NCBI GenBank assembly: GCA_963977015.1
Contig: CAXBMO010000014.1
Location: forward strand, 111,784 to 175,783
Length of the DNA stretch: 64,000 bases
Source: an uncultured bacterium
GTDB lineage: Bacteria > Verrucomicrobiota > Verrucomicrobiia > Verrucomicrobiales > DEV007
Direction: 5' to 3'
The translations under genes and the position numbers were made by a program. The notes beneath the pieces are model-generated. The model made no database searches. It saw only the letters and a list, made by a program, of their open reading frames with translations, and was not told where the DNA came from. Of this stretch, positions 39,997 to 50,184 are shown in pieces (positions within the stretch are counted from its first letter, which is position 1; the number at the start of each line of letters is the position of its first letter).

Positions 39997-40091
39997 ACGT
40001 GAAACCGCATTTCGTGGAGCCTTCCTGGACAGATGTTCGTCTAATCAAACTGTGATGTAGACAAAACCAGTCGAGGCGGCGAAAGGGGGCC

Positions 40092-40397
40092 ATGAAGAAG
40101 ACGTTCCCATTTGAAGAGCCTCCCCATCAACCTGCCAGGGTGGTGGAGAGGATTAAAAGTAATGTTCGAAAATACATCAAACGCGAACGGCGTAAACCGC
40201 TGGTTGAAGGCGCTGATTTCTGGGCGTTTGACTGTCGGGTCGGGAAGAAAAGTGAAGAAGCGAAGCCGATTCACGAGGCGGAATTGATCCAAGCCATCGA
40301 CATTGCTGCGAAAGATGAATGGACCGAAATCTACATCGAGATTCTTGCCAAGCCTGCTTATCGCACAAAAAAGGAAAACCCGGAATCGAATTCCTGA
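40092..40397 (+). CDS. Small basic protein, DUF6172-like
   Basis: MKKTF...IKxxVRKYIKRERRKPLxEGADFWxFDCRVG...YIEILAKP pattern; purine-rich RBS-like run before the ATG. Confidence 0.75.
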   Translation: MKKTFPFEEPPHQPARVVERIKSNVRKYIKRERRKPLVEGADFWAFDCRVGKKSEEAKPIHEAELIQAIDIAAKDEWTEIYIEILAKPAYRTKKENPESNS

Positions 40398-40439
40398 AAT
40401 CGGCCGCCTTCATTGAACTTGGGCTTAGTTAGGCTGCTC

Positions 40440-41666
40440 TCATGAGTTCTGATATGTGACGTTGGGGCGATTCCATCGGATTCGAGCGAGCAGCGTGTCG
40501 CCTTTTGCTCCACGTCGGGGGAGCCATTCGCCGACGGTGACCCAACTCTCTTCTAGGCTTGCATTCGTAACATGAAAGTTACCCATCAAAGCCACTTCGT
40601 CGGGAGTGTTCACGCCGTCTCCGACAAGTGGGAGAACGACTTGCTCGGAGTCCTTGATTAAACAGAGCTTGTCAGGATCCACCTGTGCCAGCCACAGCGG
40701 TGAGCGCCAGCGGATGACGTTGGTATTCGATGGGTCTTTGCGCGAGTAAACGAGAAAGAGCGCATCGGAATGAGTTAGCCAGTGTTGTTGGGTTGTCGAC
40801 ATTGCGATGGGGGTGCCATCGTCCCAGGCCCATGGCATTTTGGGAGAATAGTGCAGTCCATCACTGCTGACACTTGCATATCCGCGGCTGTCTTCTGCGC
40901 GAATTGTTAGATAGAAGCGATCACGAAACTGGGTCACGGAAGGTTCAAGCAGGCCGCGGCCATGTTGGTGTTCCAGCGGAGGGCCGACTTCCTTGATTCG
41001 TAAGGTGTCGCCATCGAAAGCGCATCGCACCCCAGCGACTGATCGCCCATTCGACTCTGGACCGAAGGTGAAAGACATCAGGATGTCGCCATTCGGCAGT
41101 ACGATCCGTTGACCGCAGTTGTTGGTGTAGATATGACTGCCTCGGGGATCGTCCCATTCCAGCTTCTTCCGTTCAGACCACGTGCCGTCCTTTCGCCGGA
41201 CGACGTAAACCGGGTAACGAGCCAGTTGATCTCCTTTTGCGAAGCGTGGACCGCGATAGAACACCACGTGGCCCAGGGCGAGGACGGTTTCAGTCTGGGG
41301 ATGATACTGAGGAGTCACATCACAAACGGCCGCTTGGAGACCTTCGTGACCGGGAACGGGATCGCGACCCAACGACGCGATTGGTGCCGGGTTAGTCCAA
41401 GTCTTGCCCAAATCGCTCGACTCCGACCAATGGACCGGGCCAAAGTAGTCGGAACCGCCAATGGGTTGAAGATTCATCAGCGCCTTTTGGCCGCCCTCGC
41501 CAACGGGAACCATGCAGGCACGCGGATGAAACCAGGTGGTGTCTTTCCCGTCGCGATTCTTCCAGAGTGTTTGCTTGGAAATCGAGGCGATCAGGTCCTT
41601 CGATTGTCCGTGCACTGGCGCAGCGATCGTGGCGGATGTGGCGGCAAGGAAATGGCGGCGATTCAT
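40440..41666 (-). CDS. Tat-exported BNR/sialidase-fold (beta-propeller) protein
   Basis: Twin-arginine signal MNRRHFLAA; Asp-box SSDLGKTW and a degenerate SSDGLHY; EPSV motif. Confidence 0.8.
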   Translation of the reverse strand: MNRRHFLAATSATIAAPVHGQSKDLIASISKQTLWKNRDGKDTTWFHPRACMVPVGEGGQKALMNLQPIGGSDYFGPVHWSESSDLGKTWTNPAPIASLGRDPVPGHEGLQAAVCDVTPQYHPQTETVLALGHVVFYRGPRFAKGDQLARYPVYVVRRKDGTWSERKKLEWDDPRGSHIYTNNCGQRIVLPNGDILMSFTFGPESNGRSVAGVRCAFDGDTLRIKEVGPPLEHQHGRGLLEPSVTQFRDRFYLTIRAEDSRGYASVSSDGLHYSPKMPWAWDDGTPIAMSTTQQHWLTHSDALFLVYSRKDPSNTNVIRWRSPLWLAQVDPDKLCLIKDSEQVVLPLVGDGVNTPDEVALMGNFHVTNASLEESWVTVGEWLPRRGAKGDTLLARIRWNRPNVTYQNS

Positions 41667-41840
41667 GATTGCTGTTGTCGCATAGAGCCGAGTCTCTTGG
41701 CAAGCTTGGTCACCAGTCGATGGGGTTGAATGGATTTGGTCTGATTGCGCATCAATTGCGAAAGCGTAGTGAAGATTTGTTTGCCTCTTGCGCGATGAAC
41801 CTGAAGTCCGTATCGCATCTTATCCAGTTTTGACAGACCC

Positions 41841-42452
41841 ATGACGAGATCGGCTCCATTCCTGATGATTTTTATGGCGTTTCTCGTTTCGTGCGGGTCG
41901 GAAACACCCCCGATGACGGATCTGTCCCCGCGGCAACGGGAGTCCTGCCTTTCGGTGGGAAAGAAGGTCTCAGATGCCCTCATGATGAATCTTGGAACGC
42001 AGTTGAAGTCGACACTTGCCTCTGGCGGCGAAACTGCAGCGGTTCAGGTGTGTCAGCAAATCGCGATTCCGATCACGGAATCCACCAGCGAGATGGAGGA
42101 AGGAGTAACGGTTCGGAGAACATCATTGAAAGTGCGAAATCCCCAAAATGCTCCGGAAGAAGGCGATGTAGTCATTCTAAAACGATGGGAAAGGCTGGAT
42201 CAGGAGGGCAAGCCGCTGCCGGAGCACGAGTTGCGTCGATTGAACGAATCCCAGGTTGCCTATTACCGCCCAATCCTCGTCCAGGCACTTTGTCTCAAGT
42301 GTCATGGCGCGAGCCAGTCTCTCAATCCGGAACTGCGCCAGGTTCTGGACGAACTCTATCCCGCGGATCAGGCGAGGGGATACCGGGAAGGTGATCTGAG
42401 AGGAGCGTTTCGTGTCGATATCGATCTCAATCAATTCCAGGAGGAACGTTAG
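41841..42452 (+). CDS. DUF3365-like monoheme c-type cytochrome lipoprotein
   Basis: Lipobox LVSC after a hydrophobic core; RTSLKVRNPxNAP; CLKCHG heme-binding motif; YPxDQAxGYxEGDLRGAF. Confidence 0.85.
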   Translation: MTRSAPFLMIFMAFLVSCGSETPPMTDLSPRQRESCLSVGKKVSDALMMNLGTQLKSTLASGGETAAVQVCQQIAIPITESTSEMEEGVTVRRTSLKVRNPQNAPEEGDVVILKRWERLDQEGKPLPEHELRRLNESQVAYYRPILVQALCLKCHGASQSLNPELRQVLDELYPADQARGYREGDLRGAFRVDIDLNQFQEER

Positions 42453-42691
42453 ATTCCTATTGCTGAGCGCTCTCATTTTCCTTTTCAATTCGATCGTCAA
42501 GCATCTCCAAGCGCTCGTTGATCAGAAGAAGCGACTTGACCACGGAGGATGGTCTGGCGCTGGCGCCTGTGTCAGAAGAGTCTGCGCAAAACGATCATGA
42601 TATGGCGGCCTCCATTGCCTTCATCGAGCGTGGAACTAAGGCTACCGTTGTTAGTAAGCCCAATTCCGGCGATCATCGGAGTCGCAAATGG

Positions 42692-44422
42692 CTACGGGGA
42701 TTCATGGAATTGATTCCCGGTGATGATTCCTTTGCTTCCATTGATGGAAAGAACCTGAGCGCTGGGATCGGTTGAAAGTGCGGTGTTGCCAAAAACGTTT
42801 GCTGCCGTTTTCGGCTGATCAACGATGAACGCGAACTGGGAAAAATTACGAACCCTGTTGTTGTCTGCCGTGATTGTCGCTGCGGTTGCGTGCAGGGCGT
42901 GGCGCCAATTCCGAATCTCATTCCGCGACATTGTAACCTGGGAGCCTTCCAGAGCCCAAATCGCATAACTCGGTGGTCCGGTCCTTCTCAGTTTGGCCGT
43001 CTCGAAGTGGTTGTCCACGGCGACTACCTTGCCGGAGACTCGGATTCCAGCGACGCCATTGCCCTGAATGATGTTCTTCGTAAACGTTGCGTCGGCTCCT
43101 TTAAAAACCATGACGACAGGTGGCATCCCGTCTTTGCGCGAAAACTCATTTCCCGTCAGATTCACGGTCCAGCCCGAGTGGATGCCGACAGCAACCATGG
43201 CGTTGTCGGTAACGCGGTTATTCAGCACGATGGACGAACCGGATTCAGAGTCATTGTATCCAATGCCTGCAGCTTTGTTGTGATGACAGTGGTTCTCAAT
43301 CAGCGTCGAATGGGCGCCATCGGTGTGGCCGATTCCCACCTTCGCATTCTCAAAACACTCATTCTGGATGATCAAAGGCCGCGCTCCACTCATGCACCCA
43401 ATTCCCGATTGTTGGTTTCGGTAACACTTATTGCCGATGATGGTGGGAGTTGATCCTTCGCGACATCCGATTCCCGCCAACGCGTTTTCATAACAGCGGT
43501 TGTCACGGATGATGGGAGACGCATGATCGGTGGTCCCAATTCCTGCCATATCGTTTTCGTAGCAGTCATTGTCTTCGACAATGGGTTGGGTGCCTTGGCC
43601 CGTCCGAATGCCGATTCCTGCGCGGCGATTCCGGTAGCACTTATTGCCTCGGACGGTGGGTTTGGCGTTCTCACTAATCCCGATACCGGCGCGAACATTC
43701 GCGTAGCAGATGTTGTCAATCACGAGTGGACTCGCGTTGTCATGTCCAATGCCGGCGTAGAAATTCTCGAAGCAGATATTTCCTTCGATGATCGCCGTTG
43801 ATCCTTCCATTGAGCCGATTCCTCCGCCCATGTTGCGATAGGTGATGTTTTGCAGGATGTGGGGAGAGACTCGGCTACCCTCCGCTCCCATGATCGCAAT
43901 CCCGGTGTAACCGATGTGATGGACAATGTTGTTGGTTACCACACAGGTTTCGATGTCCAAAATGGCGACACCCGCCGTGCCGGGAACTCCGATGTGGTCG
44001 TGGTGTTGCTGATTTCCCTGGGTCGCGTGGTGATGATTCCAAGAGGTTTCATCGTATTCGCCAACCCCGGTTACCGTGAATCCGTCGAGGGTTGAATCCA
44101 GGGCCATGGTAACGCCTGCGCCCACGGCCTCAGGGAAGGCTCCGTCAATGATGGTCGCTTCGGCTCGTTTCAGTCCCACCGCTCCTTTGCTGTTGTCACC
44201 GGCGCTACGCAGGGTTACTCCGTGGGCTAGGTTGATTCGTTCACGGTAGGTTCCCCGGCTAACCAGAACGATGTCTCCGGGTTTCGCCGAATTGATGGCT
44301 GACTGGATGGTGGGGTGGGTTGCCGGAACCAGAATGGTTTCAGCTGTCGTCCAAATCGGGATCCCGGCAGCGAAGACAGCGCTTACCAGAAGGGTGCTCC
44401 TAAATTGGGGGAGAATCATCAT
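42692..44422 (-). CDS. Secreted right-handed parallel beta-helix repeat protein (NosD/pectin-lyase-like fold)
   Basis: Signal-like N-terminus; VPATHPTIQSAI...GDIVLVSRGTYRE start typical of beta-helix proteins; about nine PxxxxNxC[YF]xNxx[AS]GIG repeats. Confidence 0.85.
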   Translation of the reverse strand: MMILPQFRSTLLVSAVFAAGIPIWTTAETILVPATHPTIQSAINSAKPGDIVLVSRGTYRERINLAHGVTLRSAGDNSKGAVGLKRAEATIIDGAFPEAVGAGVTMALDSTLDGFTVTGVGEYDETSWNHHHATQGNQQHHDHIGVPGTAGVAILDIETCVVTNNIVHHIGYTGIAIMGAEGSRVSPHILQNITYRNMGGGIGSMEGSTAIIEGNICFENFYAGIGHDNASPLVIDNICYANVRAGIGISENAKPTVRGNKCYRNRRAGIGIRTGQGTQPIVEDNDCYENDMAGIGTTDHASPIIRDNRCYENALAGIGCREGSTPTIIGNKCYRNQQSGIGCMSGARPLIIQNECFENAKVGIGHTDGAHSTLIENHCHHNKAAGIGYNDSESGSSIVLNNRVTDNAMVAVGIHSGWTVNLTGNEFSRKDGMPPVVMVFKGADATFTKNIIQGNGVAGIRVSGKVVAVDNHFETAKLRRTGPPSYAIWALEGSQVTMSRNEIRNWRHALHATAATITADNNRVRNFSQFAFIVDQPKTAANVFGNTALSTDPSAQVLSINGSKGIITGNQFHESP

Positions 44423-44466
44423 TCGTCAGGTGCGCAGCGACCATCGAGCCACGGTCGTGGGCACAC

Positions 44467-45519
44467 CTACTGCTTCTTCTTTTTGGAAGCTCCCGTATGG
44501 TTGTTGGCCGGGATCGGGCTCTCAAAACCGTTGTAAACTTCCGGCTTAACACCGCGGGCATAACCACCGCCGCGAAACGTGTTCGGCTGGTATTTCCCAA
44601 CAAAGCCAATTGGGGAGTTGGCGACAATCTGCTCTTCCAAGCCGAGAATCCAGTAAGACGCATTCACCAGCATGCGACGATAGCCGTCGTTCAGGATATC
44701 CTCGGAGGCTCCATAAAGGGATGTGAAAACGCGTCCCTTGGTTCCATTGGCTCCGGTGTATTCCCGTGTCCATTCAGACGCCATGGGTGGCTTGGTCGCA
44801 TCCGGTTCACCGTCAATCTCCATACTCATGAGCGGCTGGGCCGTGGTCAGAATGTTCCAATCATCCTGGAGGACGGCGTTGTAGCCTCCGCATTGCACAT
44901 GGATGTCCTTCACACCGGTCAGAATTGCATGATCGGCTTTTTCGGGAACGATGGAGATTCGGGTGCTCTGCTTGTGGTTTCGGCCGTAGTGTCCCACCCA
45001 GGTTTGTCCCAAAACCTGATGGCCAAAACCGTTCTCATAGCCTGCGGTTTTGGCCCTGAAATCGTATTTTGCGTAGGGGCTCTCCTTGTCGTCATATTTG
45101 AACCCATGGGTTGAGGTGCGGAGGCCCATGACCGGACCACCCCGATTCAAGTACGCGTCGATGTGTTGCATTTGTTCATCGGGCAACGCTTGAAACCGGG
45201 TAAAGATGACCATCCCGTCTGCCGATTCCAGGGCTTCGAGCCCGGGAATGTTCGACTCGCCAGCCTTGATTTCGCCGTTTTCATCAAGCCCAAAGAGAAC
45301 CGTGCAATCGATTCCATGATGCTTGGCCAGGATCCGGGCCAGGGCGGGCAGTGTTTCCTCGCCGCGATACTCATGGTCGCTGGCAATGAAAACGAGGTGC
45401 TTGCCCTTGGAAATTGCTTCAGTCCCCTGGTAGGAAACGGGATTTGCGATTGCCTTCGAGCCAAAAAGAGCGGCGAAAGCTAGAGCGAGAAGGATTTGGA
45501 GGTGGTGGAGTGTTTTCAT
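44467..45519 (-). CDS. ThuA-like (class I glutamine amidotransferase-like fold) secreted protein
   Basis: Signal peptide; HLVFIASDHEYRGEETLP, GLEALxxAD, FTRF, GGPVMGLRTSTHGF and GRVFTS motifs typical of PVC ThuA-domain proteins. Confidence 0.8.
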   Translation of the reverse strand: MKTLHHLQILLALAFAALFGSKAIANPVSYQGTEAISKGKHLVFIASDHEYRGEETLPALARILAKHHGIDCTVLFGLDENGEIKAGESNIPGLEALESADGMVIFTRFQALPDEQMQHIDAYLNRGGPVMGLRTSTHGFKYDDKESPYAKYDFRAKTAGYENGFGHQVLGQTWVGHYGRNHKQSTRISIVPEKADHAILTGVKDIHVQCGGYNAVLQDDWNILTTAQPLMSMEIDGEPDATKPPMASEWTREYTGANGTKGRVFTSLYGASEDILNDGYRRMLVNASYWILGLEEQIVANSPIGFVGKYQPNTFRGGGYARGVKPEVYNGFESPIPANNHTGASKKKKQ

Positions 45520-45661
45520 GTAAATAGGGGGAATCAGTCAGGGCGTAGAGGACACGTTTTATTGTCAGGATCTTTTCAAAAACCCGAAACTTTGGGGGCG
45601 AAACGATGCTGACTTGAAAGATGGCCAGGCCTTGCGAATTCCGGTTTCCCGGTAGAGTTCC

Positions 45662-47176
45662 CTAAGGCCGATAAGGCGCGCTGCGTCCGCTTCGCTTGGT
45701 CTCTTCGAGAAGGTCTTTCAACCGCTTTACCGTTTCGAGTTCTTCAGAATAGAGGTTCGTGGTTTCTCCGGGATCGCGTTCCAGATCGTAGAGTTGGCCG
45801 GGAGCATCTGGCTCCGAACTCGGGAGGGCGAGCGGGCGGAGCCTTTCCTTCCCATATCGATTTCCCCCTGAACCTCGGTGGTCGAGATACTTCCATTTTC
45901 CCATCCGGATTGCCAATGCGAGACTGATGGTCTGATGAAGCGTAAACTTGCGAATCGGTGAGGTGGCTTCCCCTATCAAGACCGGTAAGAGATTGAAACT
46001 ATCTTCGGCCGACTGATTGGGCAACTTTGCGTCGACCAGCGCCGCACAAGTCGCCATGAGATCCGTCAGGCAGACGGTTTGATCCGTTGTTGTCGAGGGC
46101 TGGATTTTCCCGGGCCAGCGGGCAATGAGGGGAACCCGATGACCGCCTTCCCAGTTGTCGCGCTTCAACCCTCGCCACGGCCGGGCCCCGTCGTGATCGA
46201 ACGATTTGCGCATGTTGAGGGTTGTCCCGACTTCTGGGCCGTTGTCGCTAGTCACGATCACCAGCGTGTTGTCAGCCAACCCGAGGTTCTCCAGTTGATT
46301 CAGAAGCTGGCCGACGATGTGATCGAACTGAAAAATGAAGTCCCCGTGGGGCCCTGCTTGAGATTTGCCTTGGAATTCCTTTCCGGGAAACGACGGGAGA
46401 TGAACGGCCTGCAACGAATGAAAGAGAAAGAAGGGTTTGTCTGGTTTGGCCTTCGTGTGCTGGTCAAGAAATTGGAGGCTCTTTTCGAGAAACACCATAT
46501 CGACTTCTTCAAGATCAAAGTCAGGAGCGACAAGTCCAGGTCGACAATCGTACGACCATTCATGAGTTGGCAGCTTCGACTTGTCGACCGTTTGCGTTGG
46601 TGGGACTGGAACGCGATCGCCGTCAATAAAGGCGTAAAGCCAATCCGTCGTTGGACAACATGCGGTGCCAAAGAAGTGATCAAATCCGAGGTGAATCGGC
46701 GCATCGGGAATTGATCGGGAGTAATCGATGCGTTTCACCGCCTCCAATCCATTTTCATTGATCGGGTTTCCTTGCTGATCGAGAAATGAAAGGCCGATGT
46801 GCCACTTGCCGAACATCGCAGTTTCATATCCCTGTTGCCGAAGCATTTCAGGAAGGGTGAGCCGGTCTTTTGTGATGAGACATGGGCCTCCCGCACCCGT
46901 AAAGACCCCGGGATAGTTGAGGCGGAATGCCATCTGTCCGGTCAGGATGCTGTATCTGGTGGGAGTACAAACGGTGGAGGGACTATGGGCGTCGGTGAAT
47001 CGCATTCCGTCCCTGGCCATCTGATCGAGATGAGGTGTCGGAACTTTGGAGTCCGGATTGTAGCAGCCGACATCTCCATATCCCAAGTCGTCGGCGAGAA
47101 CGAGGAGGATGTTGGGTGGCCCGGCGAGACCAAGCGAGGAAATCCAAAAGAAGGCAAGTAGAGCGAGATTTCTCAT
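45662..47176 (-). CDS. Arylsulfatase-family (formylglycine-dependent) sulfatase
   Basis: PNILLVLADDLGYGD, CTPTRYSILTG (CxPxR), GKWH, TSDNG, EGGHRVP, LYDLxxDPGE. Start placed at MRNLALL (47176), which gives a signal peptide. Confidence 0.93.
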   Translation of the reverse strand: MRNLALLAFFWISSLGLAGPPNILLVLADDLGYGDVGCYNPDSKVPTPHLDQMARDGMRFTDAHSPSTVCTPTRYSILTGQMAFRLNYPGVFTGAGGPCLITKDRLTLPEMLRQQGYETAMFGKWHIGLSFLDQQGNPINENGLEAVKRIDYSRSIPDAPIHLGFDHFFGTACCPTTDWLYAFIDGDRVPVPPTQTVDKSKLPTHEWSYDCRPGLVAPDFDLEEVDMVFLEKSLQFLDQHTKAKPDKPFFLFHSLQAVHLPSFPGKEFQGKSQAGPHGDFIFQFDHIVGQLLNQLENLGLADNTLVIVTSDNGPEVGTTLNMRKSFDHDGARPWRGLKRDNWEGGHRVPLIARWPGKIQPSTTTDQTVCLTDLMATCAALVDAKLPNQSAEDSFNLLPVLIGEATSPIRKFTLHQTISLALAIRMGKWKYLDHRGSGGNRYGKERLRPLALPSSEPDAPGQLYDLERDPGETTNLYSEELETVKRLKDLLEETKRSGRSAPYRP

Positions 47177-47266
47177 GGGAACGGAGAGGATCCAAGTGAG
47201 CCGCAAGGTTGGCGTGTGAACCGCTGCGAAAAACACTTCATTCCAACTTATGGGTGGCAGGCCGCC

Positions 47267-49609
47267 TCAGTCCAACGTTCTCTTTTGCAGTCTCAGGGCG
47301 TTGGCAATGACGGAAACCGAACTGAAACTCATGGCGGCCCCCGCGATCATGGGATTGAGCAACCAGCCGACAATGGGGTAAAGGATGCCGGCCGCTACGG
47401 GAACGCCGAGCGCATTGTAACCAAAGGCAAACAAGAGATTCTGGCGGATGTTGTTCATCACGGCTTTGCCGAGAGTCATCGCTTTGGAAATTCCGTTGAG
47501 GTCTCCTTTTACCAACGTGATGGAGGCGCTTTCGATCGCAATATCCGTTCCGGTTCCCATCGCGATTCCGACATCGGCTTCGGCCAATGCGGGCGCATCA
47601 TTGATTCCGTCACCGGTCATGGCAACGACGGCACCTTCGCTCTTCAATCGCTTCACCAGACGCAGTTTGTCTTCGGGAGACAACCCGGCGTGAACTTCAT
47701 CAATACCAAGTTGTTCGGCAACCGCCCTTGCCGTGGCCTCGTGATCTCCAGTCGCGATGATCAAACGAAGACCAAGGTTATGAAGGGCCTGGACCGCTGC
47801 CGGAGTGGTTTCCTTGATCGGGTCCGAGATGCCGAGCAAGCCGATTGCCGCATTTGAGTGGGCTACCCAGATTGCGGTTTTTGCGGAGTTGAGGATCTCA
47901 TTGGCGGAGGCTTGAAGCGCAGATGGTATGGAAAATCCATTCTCTTCAAGGAAACTTGATTTACCCACGAGAACAGGTTTTCCATCGACGATACCGCGAA
48001 CGCCTTGTCCGGTTGACGAGTCGAATTCCGCGACCTCGGCGAGTTGAAGGGATCTCGCTTTGGCCTCTTCAACGACGGATCGCGCCAACGGATGTTCGCT
48101 GTGGTTCTCCACGGAAGCGGCAAGCGTAAGCAACTCATCTTCCAAGATGTCCTCCTTCGTGATGATGTCGGTAATCCTCGGCTTCCCCATCGTCAGCGTG
48201 CCGGTCTTATCGGTGATGAGTACATCCACCTTTTCGATTCGTTCAATGGCCTCCGCATCTCTGATGAGAATCCCGGCTTGAGCGCCACGCCCGATCCCAA
48301 CCATGATCGACATGGGAGTGGCCAGGCCCAGCGCACATGGGCAGGCAATGATGAGAACGGAGACGGCGTTGACGATGGCGAAGGCTAAAGCTGGTGCCGG
48401 GCCCCAAATGGCCCAACCCACAAACGTCAGCACAGAAATCAGCAAAACAGCGGGCACAAAGTATGCTGCAATTCGGTCTGCCAACTTCTGGATCGGGGCG
48501 CGACTGCGTTGAGCTTCGGCAACCATTTCAACGATCTGGGAAAGCAGCGTTTCACTGCCGACCTTCTCAGCTTTCATCGTGAACGAGCCAGTCTGGTTGA
48601 CCGTCGCGCCAATGACCGGATCACCGGTGCTACGCTCAACGGGGGTCGGCTCTCCCGTGATCATCGATTCGTCCAGAAGACTTCTACCTTCGGTCACGAT
48701 TCCGTCCAAGGGCACTTTCTCGCCGGGCCTGACTCTCAACAGATCACCGGGATACACTTCATCAACGGGAACATCTTCTTCATCCCCATCGTTGTTGATT
48801 CGGTGCGCCGTGTTTGCCGCCAGATCGAGAAGGGATTGAATCGCCGAGCCGGTTTTTCCACGGGCTTTTGCTTCGAGGAGCTGGCCCAGCAAAACGAGAA
48901 CGGTAATGACTGCCGCTGCTTCAAAGTAGAGGGCCACTTCACCTTCATCTTTGCGGAACGAATCTGGAAAGAGGCTCGGGAAAAGCACCGCTGTCGTGCT
49001 GTAGAGGAAGGCCGCGCCGACACCAATCATGATCAACGTGAACATGTTCAAATTCCGGCTGATGACGGATCGCCATCCTTTGAGAAGGAGAATCCGGCCG
49101 GCCCATAAAACGACGGGAATGGTGAGGAGAAGCTCGATCCATTTGGAAAGGGAAGGCGAAATCCAGCCCGCCAGATCGACGCCTGGAATCATCGGGGCCA
49201 TGGCGAGGCCAAATACCGGAATCGTCAGAAACAGCGCGATCCAGAAGCGTCGTGACAGATCGCGGATCTCCGCTTCGGCATGGGAATCGCCTCCGGGATC
49301 CGCGATACCCGCAGGCTCAAGCGGCATTCCACATTTTGGGCAATCTCCAGGTTCCGATTGCCGAATCTCCGGATGCATCGGGCAGGTGTAGACCTGTTTT
49401 CCCGATCGTTTTGGTATTCCGCTTGGCTCCAACGCCATCCCGCATTTCGGGCAGTCCCCTGGCTGTGGCTCGGCAATCTCCGGACACATGGGGCAGACAA
49501 AAGCTCCAGTGCGTTGGGGGCGTGATTGAGAATCTGGTTTCGATTCGGCCGATGCACCGCTTCCGCAGCAATGGTGGGTGGTTGGTTGGTCTTTCAGGGG
49601 ATCCGACAT
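47267..49609 (-). CDS. copA: Copper-translocating P1B-type ATPase
   Basis: Two N-terminal CPMxPEI...[12 protein letters not shown] metal-binding repeats, [29 protein letters not shown] and MxxSS transmembrane ligands. Confidence 0.93.
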   Translation of the reverse strand: MSDPLKDQPTTHHCCGSGASAESKPDSQSRPQRTGAFVCPMCPEIAEPQPGDCPKCGMALEPSGIPKRSGKQVYTCPMHPEIRQSEPGDCPKCGMPLEPAGIADPGGDSHAEAEIRDLSRRFWIALFLTIPVFGLAMAPMIPGVDLAGWISPSLSKWIELLLTIPVVLWAGRILLLKGWRSVISRNLNMFTLIMIGVGAAFLYSTTAVLFPSLFPDSFRKDEGEVALYFEAAAVITVLVLLGQLLEAKARGKTGSAIQSLLDLAANTAHRINNDGDEEDVPVDEVYPGDLLRVRPGEKVPLDGIVTEGRSLLDESMITGEPTPVERSTGDPVIGATVNQTGSFTMKAEKVGSETLLSQIVEMVAEAQRSRAPIQKLADRIAAYFVPAVLLISVLTFVGWAIWGPAPALAFAIVNAVSVLIIACPCALGLATPMSIMVGIGRGAQAGILIRDAEAIERIEKVDVLITDKTGTLTMGKPRITDIITKEDILEDELLTLAASVENHSEHPLARSVVEEAKARSLQLAEVAEFDSSTGQGVRGIVDGKPVLVGKSSFLEENGFSIPSALQASANEILNSAKTAIWVAHSNAAIGLLGISDPIKETTPAAVQALHNLGLRLIIATGDHEATARAVAEQLGIDEVHAGLSPEDKLRLVKRLKSEGAVVAMTGDGINDAPALAEADVGIAMGTGTDIAIESASITLVKGDLNGISKAMTLGKAVMNNIRQNLLFAFGYNALGVPVAAGILYPIVGWLLNPMIAGAAMSFSSVSVIANALRLQKRTLD

Positions 49610-49813
49610 GAATGGAAAACCCTGACAGTGTAACTGCAGTTCTCCGGGTTTCCCCTGAAAAATTGCCGGTCACGATTGGCGGGATCCCAACGGCCGAAAA
49701 GGCACGACGGGAAACGTGGACGCAAACGCCGTTGAGTCGAATCCAACGGCTCAATCAGCGCAATCCCGGGAGGTTCAACCCGGGAGTTTTGCGAGCCGGC
49801 TGCCGAGCTGGTT

Positions 49814-50029
49814 TCAGTAAAGATCGCTCTTTGCGACTGACTGGCGTTCCCGGCTGCCGAGGATCTTGGCGTGGGAGCAAATTCGCCGAATGTCAGTGTC
49901 AAACCGATACGCATTACAGACTGAGCAAAGCTTGACTCCGATATCGACAATCGATTCGCAGCCTTCGCAGAGTTTGTATTTTTCGGGTTCTTGAATGATG
50001 GAATTAGCTCGGAGTTGTCGCTTGGTCAT
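49814..50029 (-). CDS. Small zinc-ribbon-like protein (71 aa)
   Basis: CEGC-x10-CSVC pair; ATG start; divergent from the helicase across an AT-rich spacer. Confidence 0.7.
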   Translation of the reverse strand: MTKRQLRANSIIQEPEKYKLCEGCESIVDIGVKLCSVCNAYRFDTDIRRICSHAKILGSRERQSVAKSDLY

Positions 50030-50184
50030 GTTGTTTCAAAGTTTCGGAATATTAATATAACCGGAGTTTCCATTCCGATCAATCACCTATGTTACAGTAA
50101 TTATAAAAATTCCAAAATTAACCTCCTGGTCCTCAGGAAGAAGTTACGTTTTGAATTGGGCCGGATCGAGCTAGTCTAAATCCC
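50030..50184. promoter_or_regulatory. AT-rich divergent promoter region
   Basis: Visibly AT-rich 155-nt spacer (e.g. AATATTAATATAA, TAATTATAAAAATT) between head-to-head genes. Confidence 0.5.

Noticed and set aside
42457-42624. Minus-strand frame MKAMEAAIS-TGA-SFC... as a UxxC selenoprotein
   Set aside because: Very short, no thioredoxin-like context, and the downstream hairpin lacks a G-containing apical loop typical of bacterial SECIS elements; probably chance.
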